Shown here piece after piece: positions 29,711 to 40,538 of a stretch of 48,820 nucleotides of DNA. The notes under the pieces were generated by a model. That model made no database searches. It was not told the origin of the DNA and saw only the letters and a list, made by a program, of their open reading frames with translations. Positions within the stretch are counted from its first letter, which is position 1. Every line of letters starts with the position of its first letter. The position numbers were made by a program, and so were the translations under genes. This stretch comes from a bacterium. GTDB lineage: Bacteria; Desulfobacterota_D; UBA1144. Location of the stretch: assembly GCA_002715585.2 (NCBI GenBank), contig PAZJ02000009.1, positions 22,379 through 71,198 on the forward strand, in the 5' to 3' direction.

Positions 29711-31090
29711 CTATTTAACAGGATATTCACCCGTAAAACAATGATCAGTGAACTGAGGTGACTTAGCATTCCTTTTTTTATATCCCATTGCTTTATATGT
29801 ACCATCTAAGCTTAAAAAGAATAATGAATTTACTCCAATTATTTTTGCCATCTCTTTTATGTTTTTACTTGATGCTATAAGTTCCTCATGACTCGGAGTA
29901 TCAATTCCATAAAAGTCTGGGTGTGTGATTGGAGGGCATCCTATGCCTAAATGAACTTCCTTTGCACCTGAGTCGAATAATTCTTTGACTATTTTTTTTG
30001 CAGTTGTTCCTCTTACAATCGAGTCATCGATCAATATAACCCTTTTGTTAGCAATACAAGATTTATTTACACTATGTTTAAGTTTTACTCCAAACTGCCT
30101 TATGTTTTGAGTTGGCTCAATAAAAGTACGACCAACATAATGACTTCTGATAAGTCCAAGCTCAAATGGGATTTTAGATTTTTGAGCATAACCTAATGCT
30201 GCCGAAACTCCGGAGTCAAGTACCGGCACTACAACATCTGCTTTTATCTTATTTTCTATTGCTAATTGTTCTCCTAATTTTTTTCTATATGTATAGACAG
30301 TTTTCCCCCCGACCATACTATCAGGTCTGGCAAAATATATTCTTTCAAAAATACATGGGCGCTCTTTCCTTCTTACAAAGGGTTTAAAGCTTTGTATACC
30401 ATCTTTAGTAATTATTACAATTTCTCCATTTTTTACATCCCTTACATATTCGGCGCCAATAATATTTAATGCTGATGTTTCGGATGCAAGCACATAGGAT
30501 CCATCTTTGATTCCTAAAACTAAAGGCCTGATTCCAAATGGATCTCTAACACCAATTAGTTTCTTATTGGTTAAAATTACCAAAGAGTAGGCGCCTCTTA
30601 TTCTTTTTAAAGCATCTATGAGCTTATCTTTTAATAATTTTTTTCTAGACAAGGCAACTAATTGTAAAATTGTTTCAGTATCAGAGGTTGTCTGAAAAAT
30701 TGCCCCCTTTGCGATTAGTTCTTCTCTTATTTCCATAGCATTTATTAGGTTTCCATTATGAGCACAGGCAAAACCCCCTGCAGCCAAATCTGCAAATAGT
30801 GGTTGAATGTTTTTTTCAATTGATTCTCCCTGTGTAGAATATCTAACATGACCGACGGCATTTTTGCCCGGTAACTGAGCAATTGTTTCTTTTTTATTAA
30901 AAGTATTACTTACTAAGCCCTGGGCTCTTACACCATTAAAGTTTTTTCCATCAAAAGTTACAATACCTGCTCCCTCTTTACCTCTATGCTGTAAAGCGTG
31001 AAGACCTAATGTTGTTAAGACTGCAGCTTCTTTTGAATTAAAAATACCAAAGACACCGCATTCTTCGATTAACTTATCATTAATGATCAT
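29711..31090 (-). CDS. purF: Amidophosphoribosyltransferase (glutamine PRPP amidotransferase), propeptide-containing type
   Basis: The Ntn-type catalytic Cys sits in EECGVFGI, followed by DTE and PRTase motifs ([13 protein letters not shown]). I favour the start at ATG 31090 ([11 protein letters not shown]...), which makes an ATGA overlap with the purL stop. The ORF-track start at 31111 is an alternative. Confidence 0.9.
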   Translation of the reverse strand: MIINDKLIEECGVFGIFNSKEAAVLTTLGLHALQHRGKEGAGIVTFDGKNFNGVRAQGLVSNTFNKKETIAQLPGKNAVGHVRYSTQGESIEKNIQPLFADLAAGGFACAHNGNLINAMEIREELIAKGAIFQTTSDTETILQLVALSRKKLLKDKLIDALKRIRGAYSLVILTNKKLIGVRDPFGIRPLVLGIKDGSYVLASETSALNIIGAEYVRDVKNGEIVIITKDGIQSFKPFVRRKERPCIFERIYFARPDSMVGGKTVYTYRKKLGEQLAIENKIKADVVVPVLDSGVSAALGYAQKSKIPFELGLIRSHYVGRTFIEPTQNIRQFGVKLKHSVNKSCIANKRVILIDDSIVRGTTAKKIVKELFDSGAKEVHLGIGCPPITHPDFYGIDTPSHEELIASSKNIKEMAKIIGVNSLFFLSLDGTYKAMGYKKRNAKSPQFTDHCFTGEYPVK

Positions 31091-33279
31091 TTTGGAAAAG
31101 AACTGCTCCATAATTTACGAATTGTATCAATCTTAACATTAAAATAATCTTTTATATAAAAATTATTATTTGATACCTCTCCAATTTTTTTAGCATAAAC
31201 TTTATTTGTCTCTGCAAATTTTAGTAACTTCTTACCGTTGTGATTATCACAGCTTATAATATAACAACCTTGTGACTCAGAGAAAATCTGTAAATTAGAT
31301 TTAAATTTTAAGGGAGATAGATTAACTTTTGCACCAATTGATAAGTTGGGTCCAAAGCAAGATTCCAACAAAGCTATCGCAAGCCCTCCTTCAGATACAT
31401 CATGTATTGAGCTTATATCAAGCTTTCTATTAATTTTATAAATAAAATTATTTATTTTTTTATGTTTTTTGAGATTTAAATCTGGTGCGTTATTTATATT
31501 TTTAATTCTTTTATAATATTTTGATAAAATTGAGTTACCAAAATCATTCCCAATTTTACCTACTAAATAAATTCCATCATTAATATTTTTGAAAAATTGA
31601 TCTCTACAAAATTTAACATCATCTAAAATTCCAACCATACTTATTACAGGTGTTGGCTTAATTGAGTCTTTTGCATTTTCGTTATATAAACTTACATTTC
31701 CGCTTACTACAGGTGTATTAAAATTATTACAAGCCTTAGACATGCCCTCAATACTTTTGGAAAATTGCCACATAATTTCTTTATTTTCTGGATTTCCAAA
31801 ATTTAAGCAATTTGTAATAGCAAGGGGTTTCCCTCCAGACGCAATGATATTTCTGGTAGATTCCGCTACTGCAATGCCTGCACCTACAGAAGGATTTAAT
31901 AAACAATATCCTGAATTACAGTTTGTTGTTAGACAAAGAGCTTTTTTAGTATTTTTTATTCTAATTACAGCAGAATCTGATCCAGGCCTGATGATAGTAT
32001 CGGTTCCAACCATATGATCATACTGTTCATAAACCCACTTCCTAGAACAAATATTTGGGTCGCTTATAATTTTTTTTAAAATTATTTTAAGGTCATTTTG
32101 GCTTAATTCATTCTTTTTAAAGATAATATTTTTACTCTTCTTACTTTTAGGATTTTTAACTGGTCTTTTATATATTGGGCAGTCATCAGTTAATATTGAT
32201 ACAGGTAAATCTACCACTATTTCCTTTTTATATTTAATAATAAATTTTTTTTCATTTATAACACTACCAATTTTTTTTGAATCAAGACCCCATTTTGAAA
32301 AAATTTTGTTTATCTTTTTTTCTGATCTCTCTCTTAATACTAGTAACATTCTTTCTTGAGATTCTGACAATAACATTTCGTATGCATTTATACTTAAATC
32401 TCTTTTTGGTACCTTATCAAGATCAAGTAAGATTCCATTACCTGATCGACTAGCCATTTCAGACGCTGAGGAGGTTAATCCAGCCGCTCCCATATCCTGA
32501 ATTCCTATAATACCTTTCTGTTCAAAGAGTTCTAGACATGCCTCTAATAGAAGTTTTTCTTTGAATGGGTCACCTATTTGTACAGTGGGCCTTTCAAGAT
32601 TCTTATCATCCTCAAATACATCAGATGCCATTATCGCACCTTTTACTCCATCCTTCCCAGTTTTTGCACCAAGATAAAAAACTGGATTACCAGGGCCATC
32701 CGCTCTTCCTTTAAAAATCTTATTTTTTGTTGTTATACCCAAAGCGAACGCATTAACTAATGGGTTTCCATTATAGGATTCATCAAAATAAACCTCACCC
32801 CCAACAGTGGGAATACCCATACAATTTCCATATCCTGCAATACCAGCAACTATTCCATTAACCAAACTTTTTGTAATTTTATTTTTAGGATTACCAAATC
32901 GCAATGAATTCATAAGCGCAACTGGGCGTGCACCCATAGTGAAAACATCTCGTAAAATACCTCCTACTCCAGTAGCTGCACCTTGATAAGGCTCGATGAA
33001 AGATGGATGATTATGACTTTCAATTTTAAAAACAGCACACTGATTATTACCAATGTCTATAATTCCAGCATTTTCTCCAGGTCCTTGAATTATATGCTTA
33101 CCTTTTGTGGGAAGTTTTTTTAAATAATATTTTGAACTTTTATATGAACAATGCTCAGACCACATTGCAGCTATAACACCAATCTCATTATAATTAGGCT
33201 CTCTTTTTATTTTGGTGACTATTAATTCATATTCTTTTTTTGTTAAACCATTTTCAAGCGCAAAAGAGAGATTTTTCAT
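31087..33279 (-). CDS. purL: Phosphoribosylformylglycinamidine synthase subunit PurL (small, PurQ/PurS-dependent form)
   Basis: 730 aa. Motifs [36 protein letters not shown] and the duplicated AIR-synthase-like domains are present. Confidence 0.93.
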   Translation of the reverse strand: MKNLSFALENGLTKKEYELIVTKIKREPNYNEIGVIAAMWSEHCSYKSSKYYLKKLPTKGKHIIQGPGENAGIIDIGNNQCAVFKIESHNHPSFIEPYQGAATGVGGILRDVFTMGARPVALMNSLRFGNPKNKITKSLVNGIVAGIAGYGNCMGIPTVGGEVYFDESYNGNPLVNAFALGITTKNKIFKGRADGPGNPVFYLGAKTGKDGVKGAIMASDVFEDDKNLERPTVQIGDPFKEKLLLEACLELFEQKGIIGIQDMGAAGLTSSASEMASRSGNGILLDLDKVPKRDLSINAYEMLLSESQERMLLVLRERSEKKINKIFSKWGLDSKKIGSVINEKKFIIKYKKEIVVDLPVSILTDDCPIYKRPVKNPKSKKSKNIIFKKNELSQNDLKIILKKIISDPNICSRKWVYEQYDHMVGTDTIIRPGSDSAVIRIKNTKKALCLTTNCNSGYCLLNPSVGAGIAVAESTRNIIASGGKPLAITNCLNFGNPENKEIMWQFSKSIEGMSKACNNFNTPVVSGNVSLYNENAKDSIKPTPVISMVGILDDVKFCRDQFFKNINDGIYLVGKIGNDFGNSILSKYYKRIKNINNAPDLNLKKHKKINNFIYKINRKLDISSIHDVSEGGLAIALLESCFGPNLSIGAKVNLSPLKFKSNLQIFSESQGCYIISCDNHNGKKLLKFAETNKVYAKKIGEVSNNNFYIKDYFNVKIDTIRKLWSSSFPK

Positions 33280-33352
33280 AGGAATGATTTAATAATACAT
33301 AAATAAATATAGATAATCATCTTTCAAAAAATAAAATCAATCTGGTAAAGTT

Positions 33353-34423
33353 ATGTCAATGAGAAAAAAAATTATTGTTGCAATGAGTGGAGGTGTTGAT
33401 AGCTCAACAACTGCTGCTTTATTAATGGAACAAGGGCATGAAGTTTCAGGAATAACAATGCAATTATGGGATTATGCCGATGGTGAAACAGGTTGTTGCT
33501 CATTAAATGATGTTTTTGATGCTAGACAAGCTGCTAATCAAATTGGTATTGAACACCATGTTGTAAATTACAAAGATGATTTTCAGAAATATGTTGTAAA
33601 TGATTTTATAGATAAATACTACAACGGTCAAACTCCTAATCCATGCATAATGTGTAATGAATATATGAAGTTTAATTTTCTTTTAAAGAAATCACTGGAA
33701 CTTGGGGCAGATTATTTAGCTACAGGACATTACGCAAAAATTTCAAAAAATAGTAATGGCAACTATTTTTTAGAAAAGGGTATAGACAAATTTAAAGATC
33801 AATCATATTTTTTATTCACCCTAGGTAGCAAAGAGCTATCAAAATTACTTTTTCCTCTTGGTGAGTTTACCAAATCAAAAGTTAGAGAAATTTCAGAGGG
33901 ATTTGATTTATCGGTAGCTTCAAAAAAGGAAAGTCAAGATGTATGCTTTATAGCAAAAGATTATCGAAAATTTATCGTGCAGAACTCTAATTATCAAGAA
34001 CCCAAGAAAGGTTTTATAAAAAACTTAGAAGGAAAAATTTTGGGGGAACATGATGGGATTCATAATTTTACAATTGGCCAAAGAAAGAAATTAGGGATTG
34101 ATTCTAAAACTGCAAGATATGTAGTTTCAATTAATTTTAAAGAATTTGAAGTCATTGTTGGTGATGAAAAAGACTTATATTCTGATACTTTATATGCAAC
34201 AAATTTAAACTGGTCAGTAAATATTAATAAACTAAAAAATATGGATATTAAAGCTAAAGTAAGATATAGAAGCCCTGAAACTCCAGTAAATATAAATTTT
34301 ATTAATGATGAAGTGATAATGGTTAAATTTTCTAAAGTTCAAAGAGCTTTAACTCCTGGTCAAGCTATAGTTTTTTATTCTGGAGAAAAAGTTATAGGTG
34401 GGGGCTGGATAAATGAGGCCTAA
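33353..34423 (+). CDS. mnmA: tRNA-specific 2-thiouridylase MnmA
   Basis: 356 aa. PP-loop VAMSGGVDSS, the NPCIMCN motif and the LATGHYA motif are present. Confidence 0.93.
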   Translation: MSMRKKIIVAMSGGVDSSTTAALLMEQGHEVSGITMQLWDYADGETGCCSLNDVFDARQAANQIGIEHHVVNYKDDFQKYVVNDFIDKYYNGQTPNPCIMCNEYMKFNFLLKKSLELGADYLATGHYAKISKNSNGNYFLEKGIDKFKDQSYFLFTLGSKELSKLLFPLGEFTKSKVREISEGFDLSVASKKESQDVCFIAKDYRKFIVQNSNYQEPKKGFIKNLEGKILGEHDGIHNFTIGQRKKLGIDSKTARYVVSINFKEFEVIVGDEKDLYSDTLYATNLNWSVNINKLKNMDIKAKVRYRSPETPVNINFINDEVIMVKFSKVQRALTPGQAIVFYSGEKVIGGGWINEA

Positions 34424-35705
34424 TAGGTTTGTAAGCTTTATAACCTATGGATGTAAAGTAAATCAATTTGATACAGATAAAATAATTTCAAATTTACCAG
34501 AGAATTTTACTGTAATAGATGATATTTCTTTAAGTGATTTTTGTGTAATTAATACATGCACTGTTACAGATAATACAGATAATCAATTTTTTAAAGATTT
34601 AGAAAGAATAAAAAAATTAAATCCAAAAATAAAAGTACTTGTAACTGGGTGTCTAGCTCAAACATCACCAGAAAGGCTTATTAATCTGAAAAATGTAGAT
34701 CTAATAGTTGATAATGCTAATAAATACTTAATTCCAAAAGTAATAAAAGAGCCTGATAATTATCAAAATGAAATAGTCTCAAATATATTTGATATAAAAA
34801 CTTTTGATGATAACTACAATAATCTTAAAGAGGATAGGTCTAGAGCTTTCCTTAAAATACAAGACGGCTGTAATTTCAGGTGCTCTTTTTGTATTATCCC
34901 ATTTGCGAGGGGTAGGTCTAGGAGTATGAAGGTTATTGAAGTAATTAAAAAGATAAATGAACTATATGCCTCTGGTTTCAATGAAGTTGTTTTGACAGGC
35001 ATCCATCTCTCGAGCTTTGGTAAAGATTTGGGTACTTCTTTAATGAAATTATTAACTATAATTGAATTAGATACTGACATACCAAATATAAGATTGAGTT
35101 CAATTGATCCAGCTGATACAAGTTTAGAATTTATTGATTTTATTTGTGAGTCTAAAAAAGTTTGCCCATCATTTCATATTTCACTTCAGAGTGCAACAGA
35201 TGAAATATTAAAAGATATGAAGAGAAGATATAAGATAAATATTTTTGATGATTTAATTAAATATATTAGGAATAAAATGTCCGATGCATGTATAGGAACA
35301 GATGTAATCACAGGTTTTCCTGGTGAAACAAACATATTGTTTGAAAAAACATTTAATTATATAAAAAATTCAGAACTCAATTATCTTCATGTTTTTCCTT
35401 ATTCAGATAGAAAAGGAACAAAAGCTTCAATGAGAAATGATAAAATTGCCGATCAACAAAAGAAAAATAGATCAAAAATACTTAGATCATTGAGCTTAGA
35501 TATGAAGAATAATTTTGCATCTCGTTTTATTGGAAAAGAACTAGTTGGAATCAAAGAAAAGAATAATAAAATCAGAACAAATAATTATATAGATGTTACA
35601 ATTGAATCTAAAATTTATAATCCGGGTGATATAGGAAAAGTATTAATTAACAGGGTTGAGAATAATAAAGTTTTTGGGGAAATTATCAATCCTCAGATTC
35701 AATAA
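34413..35705 (+). CDS. mtaB: Radical-SAM methylthiotransferase, MtaB-like (ms2t6A37 formation)
   Basis: 430 aa. N-terminal MTTase cysteines are present ([24 protein letters not shown]), with the radical SAM motif [11 protein letters not shown] and a C-terminal TRAM-like region. The INTCTVT pattern favours MtaB over MiaB or RimO. Confidence 0.78.
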   Translation: MRPNRFVSFITYGCKVNQFDTDKIISNLPENFTVIDDISLSDFCVINTCTVTDNTDNQFFKDLERIKKLNPKIKVLVTGCLAQTSPERLINLKNVDLIVDNANKYLIPKVIKEPDNYQNEIVSNIFDIKTFDDNYNNLKEDRSRAFLKIQDGCNFRCSFCIIPFARGRSRSMKVIEVIKKINELYASGFNEVVLTGIHLSSFGKDLGTSLMKLLTIIELDTDIPNIRLSSIDPADTSLEFIDFICESKKVCPSFHISLQSATDEILKDMKRRYKINIFDDLIKYIRNKMSDACIGTDVITGFPGETNILFEKTFNYIKNSELNYLHVFPYSDRKGTKASMRNDKIADQQKKNRSKILRSLSLDMKNNFASRFIGKELVGIKEKNNKIRTNNYIDVTIESKIYNPGDIGKVLINRVENNKVFGEIINPQIQ

Positions 35706-37446
35706 GTTCTATTCCTAACTCTACAAGTTGTTTTTCTGAAAAAACTTTTGATGGTGCATTGGTTAATAAGCAGGAGGATTTCTGAGTTTTAGGAAAAGCA
35801 ATAACATCTCTAATAGAATCGGAATTTGTTAGAAACATTAATATTCTGTCTAGTCCCAAAGCTAAACCACCGTGCGGTGGAGTTCCACTATCCAAGGCAT
35901 CTAATAGGAATCCAAAATTATCTTCTGATTCATCCTTAGAAATTTTAAGCAAATCAAATATTTTTTCTTGTAAATCTCTTTTATGAATTCTAAGGCTTCC
36001 CCCACCAAGCTCTATACCGTTCAAAACTATGTCATAAGCACATGATCTAACACTTAAAATATTTGCATTATTTATTTCATCTTTAGGCATAGTGAAAGGA
36101 TGATGAACAGAGTTGAGATTTTGACCCTCTTTAATGAAAAGTGGAAAATCCGTTACCCAAACAAATTTAAATTCGTCATTTTTGATTAAGTTCAAATCTT
36201 TTCCAAGTTTAAGCCTAACTACGGAAAGATACTTATTTACTTCGACCTCAGAGCCCGCACCAAAAAATATAATATCATTTGTATTAAGATTCATTTCTTT
36301 TTTAATATTTTTCAACTCATCATCACTAAAGAATTTTATAATAGGTGATTGCAAGCCATCCTCGTTTACCTTAATCCATGCAAGACCTTTAGCCCCATTT
36401 TCTTGAGCAAATACTGTAAGCTCATCTATGTCTTTACGAGACAGTGTAGATTTTTCTACTTTTAAAGCTTTTATTATTCCGCCAGCTTCGACTACTTGTT
36501 TAAAAACTTTAAAATTTGTTTCTTTAAATAAATCAGTAATATCTTTAAGCTCTAAGCCAAACCTCATGTCAGGCCTGTCATTTCCAAATCTTTCCATTGA
36601 TTCTTGGTAAGTAATCCTTTCAAAACTAGAATCAAATTCTATATTTAAAATTTTATTAAATATTTTTTTTAATAAATTCTCTGTAAATTCAATTATATCT
36701 TCTTCGCTAACAAAAGACATTTCAAAATCTATTTGAGTAAACTCTGGCTGCCTGTCAGATCTGAGATCTTCATCTCTAAAACACCTGACAATTTGATAAT
36801 ATCTATCGAAACCTGATGTCATTAGAATTTGTTTAAGTATTTGGGGTGATTGAGGTAAAGCAAAAAAATGATTTTGATAAATTCTACTAGGCACCAAGTA
36901 ATCCCTTGCACCTTCTGGTGTTGATTTTGTTAAATAAGGTGTTTCAACTTCTATAAATCTATCTTGATCAAAAAAATCTCTAGTTATCTTCATTGTTTCA
37001 CTTCTAATAAGAAAATTTTTATTCATTCTAGGTCTTCTTAAATCTAAATACCTAAACTTTAATCTAATGTTTTCATCTGTTTCAATTTCATCCTGAATTT
37101 GAAAAGGTATAGGAATACATGTATTCAAAACTTCGATGTTTTCAGCGAGAATTTCGATTTTTCCAGTTGAAATATTATTATTGATACTTTCTTCGGATCT
37201 TAATCTGACTGTTCCTGAAACTTTAAGTACATATTCGTTTTTTACCTCTTCTAAAAGATTATGTGTCTCTTTAAAATTTATTGGATCTGATACTATTTGA
37301 ACTATTCCAGTTCGGTCTCTTAGGTCAATAAATATAATACCACCGTGATCTCTTATGGTTGACGCCCATCCAGTCAAAGTAACTTTTTGGTTCTGAGCAA
37401 TCTCATCTACATTTGCACAATACGATGTTCTGATTCTTGTCTTCAT
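35686..37446 (-). CDS. aspS: Aspartyl-tRNA synthetase
   Basis: 586 aa. N-terminal OB domain, class II motifs ([32 protein letters not shown]) and a bacterial insertion domain are present. Confidence 0.94.
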   Translation of the reverse strand: MKTRIRTSYCANVDEIAQNQKVTLTGWASTIRDHGGIIFIDLRDRTGIVQIVSDPINFKETHNLLEEVKNEYVLKVSGTVRLRSEESINNNISTGKIEILAENIEVLNTCIPIPFQIQDEIETDENIRLKFRYLDLRRPRMNKNFLIRSETMKITRDFFDQDRFIEVETPYLTKSTPEGARDYLVPSRIYQNHFFALPQSPQILKQILMTSGFDRYYQIVRCFRDEDLRSDRQPEFTQIDFEMSFVSEEDIIEFTENLLKKIFNKILNIEFDSSFERITYQESMERFGNDRPDMRFGLELKDITDLFKETNFKVFKQVVEAGGIIKALKVEKSTLSRKDIDELTVFAQENGAKGLAWIKVNEDGLQSPIIKFFSDDELKNIKKEMNLNTNDIIFFGAGSEVEVNKYLSVVRLKLGKDLNLIKNDEFKFVWVTDFPLFIKEGQNLNSVHHPFTMPKDEINNANILSVRSCAYDIVLNGIELGGGSLRIHKRDLQEKIFDLLKISKDESEDNFGFLLDALDSGTPPHGGLALGLDRILMFLTNSDSIRDVIAFPKTQKSSCLLTNAPSKVFSEKQLVELGIELIESED

Positions 37447-37510
37447 TATTGGAAATAAATCTTAACTTTATTTATTAAACTCTACAAGAAAAGAGTATAA
37501 TCTATATCTT

Positions 37511-38392
37511 ATGATGGAATTTAAGTCTGGAACAGTATCAATTATAGGTAAACCAAATACGGGGAAGTCTACACTAATAAATCTATTGACGGATAAGAGA
37601 ATATCAGCAGTTAGTGATAAGCCAAATACGACTAGAAATAAAATTCTTGGAGTATATAACTCACAGGATTCACAAATTTTATTTTTAGATACACCGGGTT
37701 ATCAGAAATCTAATAAATTTTTAAACAGGATAATGGTTCAATCCTCACTACAAGCAATTAGTGAGGGTGATATAATTTTGCTTTTGATTGACGCTACTAA
37801 GAAGATTTTGCCCGAAGACGAGAATCTATTTAAAAAAATTGAAAGTAAAAATTCAATAGTGGCAATTAATAAAATAGACCTAATCAAAAAAAGTAAAATT
37901 TTAAATTTAATTAACAAACTTAGTACTGAATACAGTTTCATAAAAAGCTTTATTCCAATTAGTGCGCTGGAAAATCAGGGGATAGATTCTTTACTGAAAG
38001 AAATTAATAATTTTTTACCTTTTAATGAAAAATTGATTCCGGATGACATTTATACCGACCAAGCCGAAAAATTTTATATTTCTGAGATTATAAGAGAAAA
38101 ACTGTATGTAAACTTATTCAAAGAAGTTCCTTATAGAACTGCTGTTGTGATTGAAGAAATGATTGATAAGAAAAAAATTATAGTTATTCAATCTTATATA
38201 ATTGTTGAAAGCTCACAACATAAACAAATAATTTTAGGTAAAAGAGGGTCAATGATAAAAAAAATTGGCTTAGAGAGCAGAAAAGATATTCAAGATTTTC
38301 TGAACTGTAAGGTTTATTTAGACTTAAGAGTTAAAATAGACAACCAATGGTTAAAGACTAAAGACAAAGCTTTCAATTATTCTAGTATATAG
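37511..38392 (+). CDS. era: GTPase Era
   Basis: 293 aa. G1 GKPNTGKST, G3 DTPG, G4 NKID, and a C-terminal KH domain (ILGKRGSMIKKIG) are present. Confidence 0.93.
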   Translation: MMEFKSGTVSIIGKPNTGKSTLINLLTDKRISAVSDKPNTTRNKILGVYNSQDSQILFLDTPGYQKSNKFLNRIMVQSSLQAISEGDIILLLIDATKKILPEDENLFKKIESKNSIVAINKIDLIKKSKILNLINKLSTEYSFIKSFIPISALENQGIDSLLKEINNFLPFNEKLIPDDIYTDQAEKFYISEIIREKLYVNLFKEVPYRTAVVIEEMIDKKKIIVIQSYIIVESSQHKQIILGKRGSMIKKIGLESRKDIQDFLNCKVYLDLRVKIDNQWLKTKDKAFNYSSI

Positions 38393-39166
38393 CTATTTAC
38401 CTTTAAAATTGGGCTCCCTTTTTTCATTAAATGCTTTTCTACCCTCAATAAAATCTTCACTATTTTGAATTTTAATAATAAGATTTTTTATTAATTTTTG
38501 ATCATCCAATTTTAAAGTTTGCGATGATTGAAATGCATTAATCGATTTCTTTAAAGTTGATAATGATAGGGGTGCATTCTTTGATATTTTTTTACAAAAT
38601 TCCATAGCGTCTGAAATTATTTCAGTATTTGTAGAAATAAAATTTGCGATGCCCATGTTAATAGCATCGTCAGAATTAAATTTATCACCCGTTAGAAAAA
38701 TTTTTTTTGTATTTGATATTCCTACACAATTTATGAAGTTTTTTAGACCTTGATAACTATATGGAATTCCAAGTTTTGCTGGTGGAACACAAAAAATTGC
38801 ATCCTTAGAGAAAAATCTAAAATCTGAACTAATAGCAATTTCTAATGCTCCTCCAAAAATGTGTCCATTAATTACAGTTACGACTATTTTTCCTGAATTT
38901 TTTATGTGATTAGTTACTTTGATTAATGGGTGATTTTCATCATTATAATCCTCTTTTATCGAGGAAATATCGTAACCAGATGAGAAGATCTTATTGTTAC
39001 TACTTGCGATTAATATACATCTAATTTGTGGATTGTCTTCGATCGAATCTATATGTTTAATTATATCTTTTATCATTTCGGGAGAGATAGCATTTTTTTT
39101 TTCGGGATTATCTAGCAGAATTTGCCCAATATTATCAATAATTTGAAATTTAACAAAACTTTCCAT
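38393..39166 (-). CDS. Crotonase-superfamily enzyme, methylmalonyl-CoA decarboxylase (ScpB/YgfG)-like
   Basis: 257 aa. By eye it is collinear with E. coli YgfG: IRCILIASS..KIFSSGYDI, GGALEIAISSD, PAKLGIPYSYQGLKNF and a C-terminal SEDFIEGRKAFNEKREPNFKGK. The superfamily is confident. The specific activity is only suggested. Confidence 0.7.
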   Translation of the reverse strand: MESFVKFQIIDNIGQILLDNPEKKNAISPEMIKDIIKHIDSIEDNPQIRCILIASSNNKIFSSGYDISSIKEDYNDENHPLIKVTNHIKNSGKIVVTVINGHIFGGALEIAISSDFRFFSKDAIFCVPPAKLGIPYSYQGLKNFINCVGISNTKKIFLTGDKFNSDDAINMGIANFISTNTEIISDAMEFCKKISKNAPLSLSTLKKSINAFQSSQTLKLDDQKLIKNLIIKIQNSEDFIEGRKAFNEKREPNFKGK

Positions 39167-39212
39167 ATCGGTTATATTAGGCTATATTATAGGTTTTTAA
39201 AAGGAATTAAAT

Positions 39213-39755
39213 ATGCCAGTATATGAATTTGAATGTAGAGACTGTATGACAACTTATAACAAGGAAATAGATAAGCTTGTTAAAAATTTGAATAAAAAGT
39301 ATGCCGAAGGTCTTTCAAAAAAGAATAAGAATTTTAAATACATTGAATTACTTAATCCCAAAACAGAAAAGACCGTATTTTCCGTTGGTAAAGAAGGGAA
39401 TAAGGGAATTAGGCGTTTTAGATATAAATTAGATGAAAAGAAGTTTTTATATTTAGAGTTAGTGGACTTTAAATTCAGTGAGCTTTTTTTTGAAGGTGAT
39501 AAAGTGGAAAATGTTAAATGCCCTTGCAATAAAAAATGTAAAGACATTACGAGAGTTTTTTCACCTTTCAAAGCAATTTTTGAAAAACGTGGCGGTGAAA
39601 AAGATAGAGCACCAAAGCCTGGTGATCCCTTACAGTGGCATAAAGACTATAAAATTATGAAAGATGAGCAACAAGCTTCAAATTGGGTAGGACAAGATCA
39701 TTTGAACCAATATTTTGGAAATTCTCAGCATGATGGTTCATATGGATCAGAGTAG
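39213..39755 (+). CDS. FmdB-like zinc-ribbon protein with a large insert between the zinc knuckles (paralog A)
   Basis: 180 aa. It has the FmdB signature N-terminus MPVYEFECRDC, a second Cys cluster CPCNKKC at residues 103-109, then VFSPF and W.KDY. It is collinear with the next ORF. An AAGGA SD lies upstream. Confidence 0.7.
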   Translation: MPVYEFECRDCMTTYNKEIDKLVKNLNKKYAEGLSKKNKNFKYIELLNPKTEKTVFSVGKEGNKGIRRFRYKLDEKKFLYLELVDFKFSELFFEGDKVENVKCPCNKKCKDITRVFSPFKAIFEKRGGEKDRAPKPGDPLQWHKDYKIMKDEQQASNWVGQDHLNQYFGNSQHDGSYGSE

Positions 39756-39765
39756 GATTAATTAA

Positions 39766-40305
39766 ATGCCACTTTATGAATTTGAATGTGTTACATGTAG
39801 GAATCAAGTTCTTGATTCATTGAAATTAATTGAAAAAACCCCAAATCTAAAAACTATTAAATCAGTTTTGAAAAAATATTCTCAGATTAAGGCTGTTATT
39901 TTAGTCGATTTAATTAAAGAAGAAGAAATTTGTAGTGCTGGGAAGCTGACGAGCGACCTGGTTGATATAGATCTTTATATCGAAGATGGTAAAAAAATGG
40001 TTCTATTTTCTGTAGATGATTTTAGATTTTCTGAATTAATTTTGGACAAAGAAGACGAAAAAAATGTTGAATGTAGTTGCTGTGAAAAAGGAAAGGTAGA
40101 AAAAGTAATATCTTCATTTTCATATACAAGTGATCTTTCTACAGATCCTCCTAAACCACCAGGTATGAAGGATTTGCCTAAAGAGATTAGAGGTAAACTT
40201 GCTATAACTGACTATATTGAAGAGAAGGATAGACCGCATAATATTAAGGCTGATAACAGATATAAGCATCAATACCAAGACAAGTCTAGGAAAAAAATAC
40301 TTTAA
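39766..40305 (+). CDS. FmdB-like zinc-ribbon protein with a large insert between the zinc knuckles (paralog B)
   Basis: 179 aa. It has MPLYEFECVTC, DFRFSEL at residues 85-91, CSCC at 103-106, and VISSF followed by ITDY. Landmark residues sit at the same positions as in paralog A. Confidence 0.7.
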   Translation: MPLYEFECVTCRNQVLDSLKLIEKTPNLKTIKSVLKKYSQIKAVILVDLIKEEEICSAGKLTSDLVDIDLYIEDGKKMVLFSVDDFRFSELILDKEDEKNVECSCCEKGKVEKVISSFSYTSDLSTDPPKPPGMKDLPKEIRGKLAITDYIEEKDRPHNIKADNRYKHQYQDKSRKKIL

Positions 40306-40538
40306 TTGCATTTTTCTTTTATAAATTTAATAAATCTTAGTAAAGTTTTAAAATCTTCATCTTTAATATCTTTGTAACTACAGCCGAACTTTTTTTTTAT
40401 TAAAACTAAAATATGGGCATATGGATTTCTTCCTTTAGGATGATATTTGGATTCTGATAACTTATTTTTCAAAAAATCACCAAGACTGGTTATTTCATTC
40501 CAAGCTATTTTTTTGTTATTATCGTTCATCCAAGGCAT
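40302..40538 (-). CDS. Small basic hypothetical protein (about 78 aa; start uncertain)
   Basis: An ORF fills what would otherwise be a 213-nt gap in a genome with almost no gaps. The ORF-track start at 40559 is a TTG. The first ATG at 40538 gives [26 protein letters not shown]... I recognise no family. Confidence 0.45.
   Translation of the reverse strand: MPWMNDNNKKIAWNEITSLGDFLKNKLSESKYHPKGRNPYAHILVLIKKKFGCSYKDIKDEDFKTLLRFIKFIKEKCN

Noticed and set aside
39254-39660. A 105-aa antisense ORF (39254-39571, -) and a 60-aa alternative-frame ORF (39478-39660, +) lie within zinc-ribbon paralog A.
   Set aside because: The sense frame carries the conserved FmdB N-terminal signature and is collinear with paralog B. 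The competing frames have no paralog support and look like composition artefacts.
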